Source: an uncultured Geobacter sp.
Lineage (GTDB): Bacteria > Desulfobacterota > Desulfuromonadia > Geobacterales > DSM-12255
Reading direction: 5' to 3'
Length of the DNA stretch: 24,000 nucleotides
NCBI GenBank assembly: GCA_937860145.1
Contig: CALMBF010000155.1
Coordinates: 123,719 to 147,718 of the forward strand
Below the pieces are notes generated by a model. That model made no database searches. It worked only from the letters and a program-made list of their open reading frames with translations, and was not told the origin of the DNA. Both the position numbers and the translations under genes were made by a program. Positions 14,353 to 21,897 of this stretch are shown here, piece by piece. Within the stretch, counting starts at the first letter, position 1. Every line of letters starts with the position of its first letter.

Positions 14353-15816
14353 ATGGGCAATCGTAACCTGTTACGTGATCCGATCTGGCGAGGCGATGAA
14401 CTGGGAAAGGCACTTCCCGATTCGCTCCATGCCGTCTCCGTGGCGCTGCCGCATTGGCAGGACGTGGTTGGTTATGAGGAGAAGCGGCCCGAGGTGGTCA
14501 ATCGATTGCAATGCGGCTACCCCCGCTTCGTCATTCACCGCCTGGTGCAGGATCTGGCGCGGTTTATCGCCGGTGATCGCCCCTGCCTGCCGTTCCCTTC
14601 GCAGCACACGGCGCAGCAGTGCGTGGCTTTCATTCATCGCCAGAGCGGCGTCGAAGCTCAGGTGGTCGAGCGGGACGGGCAGTATGGTGTTGCCACGACC
14701 GACAGCGGTTACGACAGCCTCAAGGCTTTCTGGCAGCATACCGGCCTGATCGTCTCCACCCGCCGGGCCCAGTCGATATTGAGCGGTATCTCGCGGGTAC
14801 AATCTGATGATCGGGAAGTGCGGGATTCTCTTCGGCGACAGCTGGCCGGGTTGTACGACTGTTCTCCCGATGACGTATTCCTGCAGCCAACCGGCATGGC
14901 GGCCATGTTTGCCGCCCTGCGGGCGGTCATGCGGCGTACACCGGGCAGGCCGACGGTGCAGATCGGCTTCCCTTATGTGGATACGCTCAAGCTGCAGGAG
15001 AAATTCGGCCACGGCGCAACCCTGCTCCATGACCTCAACCATTGTACTGAAAACCTGCGTGCCCTTCTGCAACAAGGGGCTCTAGCCGGATGCTTCAGTG
15101 AGATTCCCGGTAACCCCTTGCTCGGATCTGCCGATCTGCGCGAGATCACCCCGATCCTGCGGGAGCACGGCGTGCCGCTGGTGGCCGACGACGTTGTTGC
15201 CACACCCCTGAACGTGGACCTCGGTTCCCATGCCGACCTGATCGCCACCAGCCTGACCAAATACATTTTCGGCAGGGGGGACGTCATGGGTGGCGCCCTG
15301 ATCTGCAACCCCCGCTCTCCCTATCACATCGAGCTTAGGGCCATTGCAACATCGCTGCACGAGGAGCTTCTCTGGCTTGATGATGCCGTGGTGCTGGAAG
15401 AGCAGATCGGCAGCTTTCCGGAGCGGATGCGGGTTCACAACCGTAACGGCCTGATCATTGCCGAACGGCTTCGCTCCCATCCTGCAGTTGAACAGGTCTG
15501 GTTTCCGAAATGGTCGTTCGGCGACGCCTACGAGGCGGTGCGCCGACCCGATGGCGGGTGGGGTTCCCTGGTCACCTTTCTGCCAAAGAACGCCGAGACC
15601 GCGTCACCCCGTATCTATGACAATCTTGAAGTTTGCAAGGGCCCGAGTCTGGGAACCAGCTTTACCCTGGCCTGTCCCTTTACCCTGCTGGCCCATTACA
15701 CTGAACTGGAGTGGGCTGAGGCCTGCGGGGTGCCGCGGTATCTGATCCGGCTCTCCGTGGGGCTCGAAGATCCGGAAGAACTCTGGGGCCGGATTGTCCG
15801 GGCGCTGGAAGCATAA
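14353..15816 (+). CDS. Cys/Met-metabolism PLP-dependent enzyme (cystathionine gamma-synthase-like, long Str2-type form), 487 aa
   Basis: The PLP-lysine context SLTKYIFGRGDVMGG, plus an N-terminal extension of roughly 100 aa with HAVSVALPHWQDVVGYEE. AGGAGG RBS. Confidence 0.75.
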   Translation: MGNRNLLRDPIWRGDELGKALPDSLHAVSVALPHWQDVVGYEEKRPEVVNRLQCGYPRFVIHRLVQDLARFIAGDRPCLPFPSQHTAQQCVAFIHRQSGVEAQVVERDGQYGVATTDSGYDSLKAFWQHTGLIVSTRRAQSILSGISRVQSDDREVRDSLRRQLAGLYDCSPDDVFLQPTGMAAMFAALRAVMRRTPGRPTVQIGFPYVDTLKLQEKFGHGATLLHDLNHCTENLRALLQQGALAGCFSEIPGNPLLGSADLREITPILREHGVPLVADDVVATPLNVDLGSHADLIATSLTKYIFGRGDVMGGALICNPRSPYHIELRAIATSLHEELLWLDDAVVLEEQIGSFPERMRVHNRNGLIIAERLRSHPAVEQVWFPKWSFGDAYEAVRRPDGGWGSLVTFLPKNAETASPRIYDNLEVCKGPSLGTSFTLACPFTLLAHYTELEWAEACGVPRYLIRLSVGLEDPEELWGRIVRALEA

Positions 15817-15876
15817 TTGAAAATGTGTTTCAGGTACAACAACCCGGTGCGACGGCTTTGAATCGCTTAAAAACAG

Positions 15877-15905
15877 TTGACACATACCTTTAATGGCAGT
15901 ATATA
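15877..15905 (+). promoter_or_regulatory. Strong sigma70-like promoter (TTGACA-N17-TATATA)
   Basis: TTGACA at 15877-15882 and TATATA at 15900-15905 in the AT-rich gap after the PLP-enzyme gene. Confidence 0.65.
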
Positions 15906-15955
15906 CGATATAAGTAATAGACATTATCGTTTATTTTGCCGAACAAAATATTTCA

Positions 15956-16000
15956 GCTGACCAGATAACTGGAGGCCAGGATTTTTCCTGGCCTTTTTTT
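15956..16000 (+). promoter_or_regulatory. Leader motif copy C (GCTGA-CCAGataaCTGG-A-GGCCAGG...CCTGGCC-T7)
   Basis: It lies about 45 nt downstream of the predicted transcription start and about 115 nt upstream of the Nfu start, in a leader-terminator arrangement. Confidence 0.65.
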
Positions 16001-16114
16001 GTTCATGACAGCTGCTGGAGACTGTAGAACTTAGTTCATGATTGAAGTTGTACATCAACAGGAGCTATACAACTTCAAGTGAATAAACGCATTGCCGATA
16101 GGGAGGATGAATAC

Positions 16115-16336
16115 ATGACTGCAGAGGTTGAAACTGTTCTGGATCTTGTCCGGCCAGCGTTACTGGCGGACGGGGGAAATGTGGAGCTGGTGGAGATTAC
16201 CGAGGATGGTTTTGTGAAGGTGCAGCTGACTGGAGCCTGTGGCCACTGTCCCATGTCGGCACAGACGCTTAAGTTAGGTGTTGAACGGACCCTGAAGAGC
16301 AAGCTCCCCTGGGTAAAAGGAGTGCTGTCAATTTAG
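16115..16336 (+). CDS. Nfu/NifU C-terminal-domain Fe-S cluster carrier protein, 73 aa
   Basis: ATG at 16115 after [24 protein letters not shown]...GACGHCPMS is the NifU C-terminal CxxC signature. Confidence 0.85.
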   Translation: MTAEVETVLDLVRPALLADGGNVELVEITEDGFVKVQLTGACGHCPMSAQTLKLGVERTLKSKLPWVKGVLSI

Positions 16337-16352
16337 TTTTCCGGAGATAACG

Positions 16353-17171
16353 ATGATATCCCTTGCGCTTGATAACAGTAAACTCGCCAAAACCTACGAC
16401 GAAATCAGCGATTCCCAGTACGAGTCCGGCAAGAAGCTGCTTGCCGAACTCAAAGTCAAACCGGGTGAGACCGTGCTCGACATCGGCTGCGGCACCGGTC
16501 GGCTCGGACTCTACCTGCTCGATATTATCGGTCCGACCGGCCGTTTCATCGGCATCGATCCGCTGCCGGAGCGTATCAGTATTGCCAATGACAATAATGT
16601 TCACCCTAACGCCGAATTCCGTACCGGTGTGGCTGAAGACCTCTCGTTTCTGGGGAACAACAGCGTCGACCTGGTCTACCTGAGCGCCGTGTTCCACTGG
16701 GTACCCGATAAGCAGAAGGCATTGCAGGAGATCAGCCGGGTGTTGAAGCCGGGTGGCAGGATCGGTTTGACCACCAACGCCAAGGAGTTGGTTAAGGCGA
16801 CCACCCTCCGTTCCGTGACCACGGAGGTGTTATCTCGGGTTCCCTATCGCGGCCAAGTGGATGCCGAGGCTTTTGCCCCGACCCGCCACGGGGTGACAGC
16901 CACCCAGCTGGTTGAGCTCTTTCTCGATGCGGGATTCAGGGTTGCGGACGTCCGTGTCCTGGCCATCGAGCGTTTGTACCATACCGGACGTGATATCGTC
17001 GACTTTGCCGAAGCAAGTACCTTTGGCAATTACCTGAACCACGTGCCGGCAGATTTGCGGGATAAAGCCCGTTTTGACCTGGAGAGCGCCTTTGAGATAC
17101 TGCGTGGTGACGAGGGGATTCCGTTTCAGCTATATACACTTTTTGCCATTGCCGAAAAGATCGGCGCCTGA
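16353..17171 (+). CDS. Class I SAM-dependent methyltransferase, paralog 2, 272 aa
   Basis: Motif I is VLDIGCGTGRLG. Collinear with 8195..9016 (shared blocks LSAVFHW, VLKPGGRIGLTT, RHGVTATQLV, STFGNYL.HVP). Confidence 0.85.
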   Translation: MISLALDNSKLAKTYDEISDSQYESGKKLLAELKVKPGETVLDIGCGTGRLGLYLLDIIGPTGRFIGIDPLPERISIANDNNVHPNAEFRTGVAEDLSFLGNNSVDLVYLSAVFHWVPDKQKALQEISRVLKPGGRIGLTTNAKELVKATTLRSVTTEVLSRVPYRGQVDAEAFAPTRHGVTATQLVELFLDAGFRVADVRVLAIERLYHTGRDIVDFAEASTFGNYLNHVPADLRDKARFDLESAFEILRGDEGIPFQLYTLFAIAEKIGA

Positions 17172-17248
17172 CAGGGATGGATACATCTGGACTGCCTGGC
17201 TGATCTGATGATGGTCTGATGCGATAAAGTAATGGGTAATATTTTTGT

Positions 17249-17314
17249 GCTGACCGGCAAAGCCGGAGGTGCCTGATGCGCATGTGCGCATGGCCCTCCG
17301 GCTTTTCTTTTTTT
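17249..17314 (+). promoter_or_regulatory. Motif copy D (GCTGA-CCGGCaaaGCCGG-AGG) merged with a strong intrinsic terminator, between the methyltransferase and alpha1
   Basis: AAGCCGGAGG (17260-17269) pairs with CCTCCGGCTT (17295-17304), with an inner ATGCGCAtgTGCGCAT, followed by TTCTTTTTTT. The alpha1 RBS follows 20 nt later. Confidence 0.65.
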
Positions 17315-17345
17315 GCAACCGACAATAGAGGAGAGAGGTGTACGT

Positions 17346-18875
17346 ATGGGATTGAAAGAAGACCGGGTTGTCCCCGGCAGGGAAGACCGGGTAGCGGCCT
17401 GCATGGCCTATGGCGGCAGCGCCTGCAGTATCGGCGGCGAAAGCAAGGCATGTCTGAAGAACAGCGAGCGGGGTTTTTCCCAGGCCGGCATCTGCCAGCT
17501 ACTGCCGACCTTGGGGATGCTCCTGACCCTGCCGGATATTGCCGTGATCATCCATGGCGCCATCGGCTGCGGTTCTGCCGGGTTCGGTATGAATGTCAGT
17601 ATTCGCCTGCATCATCTGCTCCGCGGCAATCCCAATGCCAAGGACAGCCTATGGTTCAGTACCAACCTGGATGAGGCGGATGTGGTGCATGGCGGCGAAC
17701 AGCGGCTGGAGGAGACTATCCTCACTGTAAACGAACGCTACAAACCGAAATCCATCGTCGTGGTGCAGACCTGCACCCCGTCCATCATCGGCGATGATCT
17801 CGTGGGGGTGGTGGAAAAAGTCCGGCCGCTGGTGGAGGCCAACATACTCTATGCCCACTGCGAAGGGTTCAAGACCAAGGTCTGGGCCACCGGCTATGAC
17901 GTGGCTTTTCATGCCATGATTCACGGTTACATAGAAAAGGACAAGGAGGGGCCGCCGCCACGAAAAGCCCCCTGGCAACCGGGACAGCGGCCGACGGTCA
18001 ATGTCATCAACCTGGCCTCCGTCGGCAAGCCGGACGAGGAGGAGATCGAACGGCTCCTCAATGCCATCGGCATCGATGTGACCATCGGCCCCAACTTCGC
18101 CGACCGGGAAAAGGTGCGGCAGCTGACTCAGGCCGACCTGACGGTCAGCATCTGCCCGACCCATGACGACTACCTGGTCGATTACCTGCACACCGAGTAC
18201 GGCATCCCCTTCGTCCTGAAGGACATGCCGATCGGCCTGGAGAATACCCGCAACTGGTTGCTGGATATTGCGGGCAAATTCGGTCTGGAAAAGGAGGCGC
18301 TGGCCCTGATAGAGGCCGAGGAGGCCAGGGCGCGCACAGCGGTGGAGCGCTTCCTTCCCGTGCTGAAGGGGATCCGGGTATTTCTCTCCGCCGGTGAGTT
18401 CCGGGCGCTGGTTACCGGCGGGCTGTTCCAGGAGCTGGGGATGGAGATCGTCGGGGTACGCTCCTACCACCATGACGAGTTCGGCACCGATTTCTACGGC
18501 CGGCTGGTAAACGGTCAGCAGGGGAAGGACTTCCCGGTGGATATCGCCAATTTCCAGCCCTTCGAACTGGTCAATCTGTTGCAGCAGGTCAAGCCGGACC
18601 TCTTTGCCGGCCATATCTGGGACAACGCCTGGGCCGCCCGCCTCGGCTATCCCACCATCACCATCTTCCGCATCTTCGACTACTACGTCGGCTACCGCGG
18701 TTTCTATGAAGTGGCAAAAAAGGCGGCCCGCATCCTGCGCAACCATTCGTTCAATGCCAATCTGAGCAGAAACGTTACCGATGCCTACCGCCCGGAGTGG
18801 TATGAGCAGAACGCTTTCAAATACATCAAGTCAGGGCTGCCTGAGGGTCTGCAATCGGATACAGCTGCAGTGTAA
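17346..18875 (+). CDS. Nitrogenase-like alpha-type subunit (NifD/NifE-like), paralog alpha1, 509 aa
   Basis: ATG at 17346 after GGAGAGAGG. Motifs IHGAIGCGS, QTCTPSIIGDD, AHCEGFK and SICPTHDDY..EYGIP. Collinear with alpha3. Confidence 0.9.
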   Translation: MGLKEDRVVPGREDRVAACMAYGGSACSIGGESKACLKNSERGFSQAGICQLLPTLGMLLTLPDIAVIIHGAIGCGSAGFGMNVSIRLHHLLRGNPNAKDSLWFSTNLDEADVVHGGEQRLEETILTVNERYKPKSIVVVQTCTPSIIGDDLVGVVEKVRPLVEANILYAHCEGFKTKVWATGYDVAFHAMIHGYIEKDKEGPPPRKAPWQPGQRPTVNVINLASVGKPDEEEIERLLNAIGIDVTIGPNFADREKVRQLTQADLTVSICPTHDDYLVDYLHTEYGIPFVLKDMPIGLENTRNWLLDIAGKFGLEKEALALIEAEEARARTAVERFLPVLKGIRVFLSAGEFRALVTGGLFQELGMEIVGVRSYHHDEFGTDFYGRLVNGQQGKDFPVDIANFQPFELVNLLQQVKPDLFAGHIWDNAWAARLGYPTITIFRIFDYYVGYRGFYEVAKKAARILRNHSFNANLSRNVTDAYRPEWYEQNAFKYIKSGLPEGLQSDTAAV

Positions 18876-18909
18876 ATATACCTGATGACTATCAATTCTT
18901 CCGTAAATT

Positions 18910-19013
18910 CCTTCTCCCTCAGGGAGAAGGTGGCCTCAGGCCGGATGAGGGTGGTAACAGTGCCATTATGCACCATTTCCCCCTCACCCTAGCCCTCTCC
19001 CTCAGGGAGAGGG
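18910..19013. repeat. REP-like element: inverted pair of CCYTCTCCC-tca-GGGAGARGG hairpins in the alpha1-beta1 gap
   Basis: Hairpins at 18910-18930 and 18993-19013, plus GGCCtcaGGCC at 18932-18942. The two halves are approximately reverse-complementary. Confidence 0.65.
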
Positions 19014-19074
19014 GACTCTGTATAAGCTGTAGTGGCAGGTACGATTAAATTAATTACCAAGGAGTAACATCCAT

Positions 19075-20412
19075 ATGAGCACATTTATTGAACGCCCCCG
19101 CTACCAGTGCGCCCTCGGCGGCGCGCTGGTTACCATCAATGCCATTGAACGGGCAGTGGCAATTGTCCACGCTTCACCCGGGTGCGCTGCGGCTGCCGAT
19201 GGCGCCGCTGCCTTTGGCGGCGGCTACTGGGGGTCCACCGTCCACGACGGCCGGGCCACCCCGAGCAGTAACATCGTCGAGCGTGAAGTCATCTTCGGCG
19301 GTGAGGAGCGGCTTGCCGAGCAGATCAGCGCCACCCTCGATGTGGTCGACGCCGATCTCTACGCGGTCATCACCGGCTGCATGACCGACATCATCGGCGA
19401 CGATGTCCGCTCGGTGGTGAACGAGTTCCGCAGACAGGGGAAACCGGTCATAGTAGCCGAAACCGGCGGCTTCAAGGGAAACTCCACCGTCGGCTACGAA
19501 TTTCTCTGGGATGCACTGATCAACCAGTTCGTCTCAAAGGGGCTGCCGAAAAAAGACCGGCTGGTCAACATTTTCGGTGTGCTGCCGGTACAGGATGTTT
19601 TCTGGCGCGGCAACCTGCTCGAACTGAAAAGGCTGCTGTCAGCCATCGGCATCGAGGCCAACACCTTTGTTACCCCGTTCGATGACACCGCGTCGCTGAA
19701 AAACGCCTCCCAGGCGGCTCTTTCGATCGTCCTTTCCGATGTCCACGGTCAAAAGGCCGCCGCTCTTTTCGAGGAGGTACACGGGGTGCCGTATATCACC
19801 GAGTCCCTCCCGTTCGGCCCGACGGCGACGGAACGGTTCCTGCGCCGGATCGCAGAACTCTTCAACATCTCCTCGGCAAAGCTGAACCGGGTACTGAAGG
19901 AAGAGCGCCGGCACTATTACCAGTTCATCAATCCGCTGACCGATCTCTTTACCGACCAGGATTTCCAGCGTTTCGGCGTGGTCATCGGCAATGCCAATTA
20001 CGCTTACGCGGTGAGTCGCTTCATCGCCGACGATCTCGGCTGGATTCCCTATTTTGCGGCCATCACCGATATTCTGGATGAACAGCAGCAGGCAGCGGTA
20101 CTGGCGCGTTTTGCCACGATTCCCGAACAGGCGCGCCCCAAGGTCATTTTCGAGACCGACACCAGCCGGATCAGGGAGCGGCTGTTTGCCGAACTGGAAA
20201 AGGAGAATGATCCTTACGGGACCCCGATCAGTCCGGCATTCGTTATCGGCAGTAACCTCGACCGTCCTCTGGCTGCGGATCTGAAGGCCGGCTTCTGGGG
20301 CGTATCCTATCCGATTACCAACCGGGTTGTGACCGACCAGGGTTATCTCGGCTATCGTGGCGGCCTGCGCTTGGCGACCGAGGTTGTCAGCGCACTTGTT
20401 AGCAACCGATAA
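19075..20412 (+). CDS. Nitrogenase-like beta-type subunit (NifK/NifN-like), paralog beta1, 445 aa
   Basis: Motifs YQCALGGAL, IVHASPGCAA and TGCMTDIIGDD. AAGGAG RBS. Close paralog of beta3. Confidence 0.9.
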   Translation: MSTFIERPRYQCALGGALVTINAIERAVAIVHASPGCAAAADGAAAFGGGYWGSTVHDGRATPSSNIVEREVIFGGEERLAEQISATLDVVDADLYAVITGCMTDIIGDDVRSVVNEFRRQGKPVIVAETGGFKGNSTVGYEFLWDALINQFVSKGLPKKDRLVNIFGVLPVQDVFWRGNLLELKRLLSAIGIEANTFVTPFDDTASLKNASQAALSIVLSDVHGQKAAALFEEVHGVPYITESLPFGPTATERFLRRIAELFNISSAKLNRVLKEERRHYYQFINPLTDLFTDQDFQRFGVVIGNANYAYAVSRFIADDLGWIPYFAAITDILDEQQQAAVLARFATIPEQARPKVIFETDTSRIRERLFAELEKENDPYGTPISPAFVIGSNLDRPLAADLKAGFWGVSYPITNRVVTDQGYLGYRGGLRLATEVVSALVSNR

Positions 20413-20424
20413 AGGAGAGCATGT

Positions 20425-21897
20425 ATGGCAATCAATCTAAATCTTTCCGAAGCACCGATCCGCGAGGCTCGTCTCGGGGCCATCACCGGCTATAACGGTA
20501 CCCTCAAGGATCTGGTCAGCCGTAGCGGTTGCGGTGCAACGATCAATAACTGCGAGCGGAGTTTCAGCCAGACCAGTTCCTGCAGCTCCGGCTGTGCCCA
20601 GACCCTTCTGGCAAACATTGTCGATGCGGCAATTGTCAATCACGCTCCCATCGGCTGTGCCGGCGACACCATTTATCACAACATCGCCAACCATTACGGC
20701 CGCTTCTACCGTGGGCAGGATAACCGCAACATCCAGTTGATCAACACCAATATCGAAGAGTCGGACACGGTGTTCGGCGGTGCTGAAAAGCTGCGGGCCG
20801 GGATTCTGGAGGCATGGCGACGTTTCAAGCCGAAGGCGATTTTCGTCAGCACCTCCTGTGCCTCGGGGATTATCGGGGACGATATCAAGGGGGTTATCAG
20901 CGACCTGGGGGAAGAGGTCCCGATTCCGGTCATTCCGGTCTCCTGTGAAGGGTTTCGCAGCAAGGTCTGGGCCTCCGGATTCGATGCCGCCTTTCATGCG
21001 GTTCTGACCGGTATCGTCAAGCCTCCCCGGCGGTCACAGCCGAACCTGGTGAACATGGTCAACTTCCGTGGCAGTGCCCGGGAGTATATCACCCGACTGT
21101 TCGGCAGACTCGGCCTTGAGCCGCGCTTTATTCTCCCCTTTGCCTCGGTGGAGGAGCTGGAAACCATCTCCGAGGCGGCGGTGACCGCCACGGTCTGCAC
21201 CACCCTTGGCAGTTATATCGGCACGGCTCTGGAAGAGCAGTACGGCGTTCCCTATGTGAAAACCATTCCGCCCCACGGTGTTGCCGGTATCGAGGCCTGG
21301 CTGCGCGGCATCGCAGCTGCTGTCGGCAAGCAGGGTGAGGTGGAGGAGCTGATCGCCGAAGAGCGTGCCGCCACTGTCGACGATCTTGCCGAGATCCGTC
21401 GCCGCCTGGACGGAAAGACTGCCGTATTGGGGATGGGGCCCAGTTATGCCCAGTCTTACCTCGGGGTGCTGGAAGAGCTGGGGATAACGGTTCTGCACGC
21501 TGCCAGCTGGCACTATGACCAGCGTTATGACTATGGCGAGCAGCCGCCGGCCATTTTGCGCGCTGCCGGCCGGGAAGAGGACGTCACCTTCAGCGTCGGT
21601 GACCAGCAGCTGTTCGAGATCGGCAACAAGCTCTCCAGGGTCAAGCCCGATCTCTATTTCTCCCGTCACCCCGGCAGTTCGGTCTGGGGCGCCAAGCTGG
21701 GGATAACCGCTGTCCCGGTTATCGATGAGTACACCGCTTTCGGTCATCGTGGCCTTGTGAACTTCGGCTATCGGATCATCGATGCCCTGACCAACCGGCA
21801 CTTTGTCACCAAACTGGCGGAGCGGGTAACACTCCCCTACACGACCTGGTGGTTCGAACAGGACCCCTATTCATTTCTTGAGCAGGAGGTAATCTGA
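20425..21897 (+). CDS. Nitrogenase-like alpha-type subunit, divergent paralog alpha2, 490 aa
   Basis: Motifs NHAPIGCAGD, STSCASGIIGDD, VSCEGFRSKVWASGFDAAFHA and TVCTTLGSY..QYGVP. AAGGAGAG RBS 12 nt after the beta1 stop. Confidence 0.9.
   Translation: MAINLNLSEAPIREARLGAITGYNGTLKDLVSRSGCGATINNCERSFSQTSSCSSGCAQTLLANIVDAAIVNHAPIGCAGDTIYHNIANHYGRFYRGQDNRNIQLINTNIEESDTVFGGAEKLRAGILEAWRRFKPKAIFVSTSCASGIIGDDIKGVISDLGEEVPIPVIPVSCEGFRSKVWASGFDAAFHAVLTGIVKPPRRSQPNLVNMVNFRGSAREYITRLFGRLGLEPRFILPFASVEELETISEAAVTATVCTTLGSYIGTALEEQYGVPYVKTIPPHGVAGIEAWLRGIAAAVGKQGEVEELIAEERAATVDDLAEIRRRLDGKTAVLGMGPSYAQSYLGVLEELGITVLHAASWHYDQRYDYGEQPPAILRAAGREEDVTFSVGDQQLFEIGNKLSRVKPDLYFSRHPGSSVWGAKLGITAVPVIDEYTAFGHRGLVNFGYRIIDALTNRHFVTKLAERVTLPYTTWWFEQDPYSFLEQEVI

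Noticed and set aside
17649-18746. Minus-strand 365-aa ORF antisense to alpha1, and likewise 21034..21801 and 20437..20997 antisense to alpha2
   Set aside because: Antisense shadow ORFs with no RBS or start context and no recognisable domain.
18910-19013. A CRISPR-like array, because of the repeated palindromic units
   Set aside because: There are only two or three short units in inverted orientation, with no regular repeat-spacer periodicity and no cas genes. The pattern is consistent with a REP-type element.
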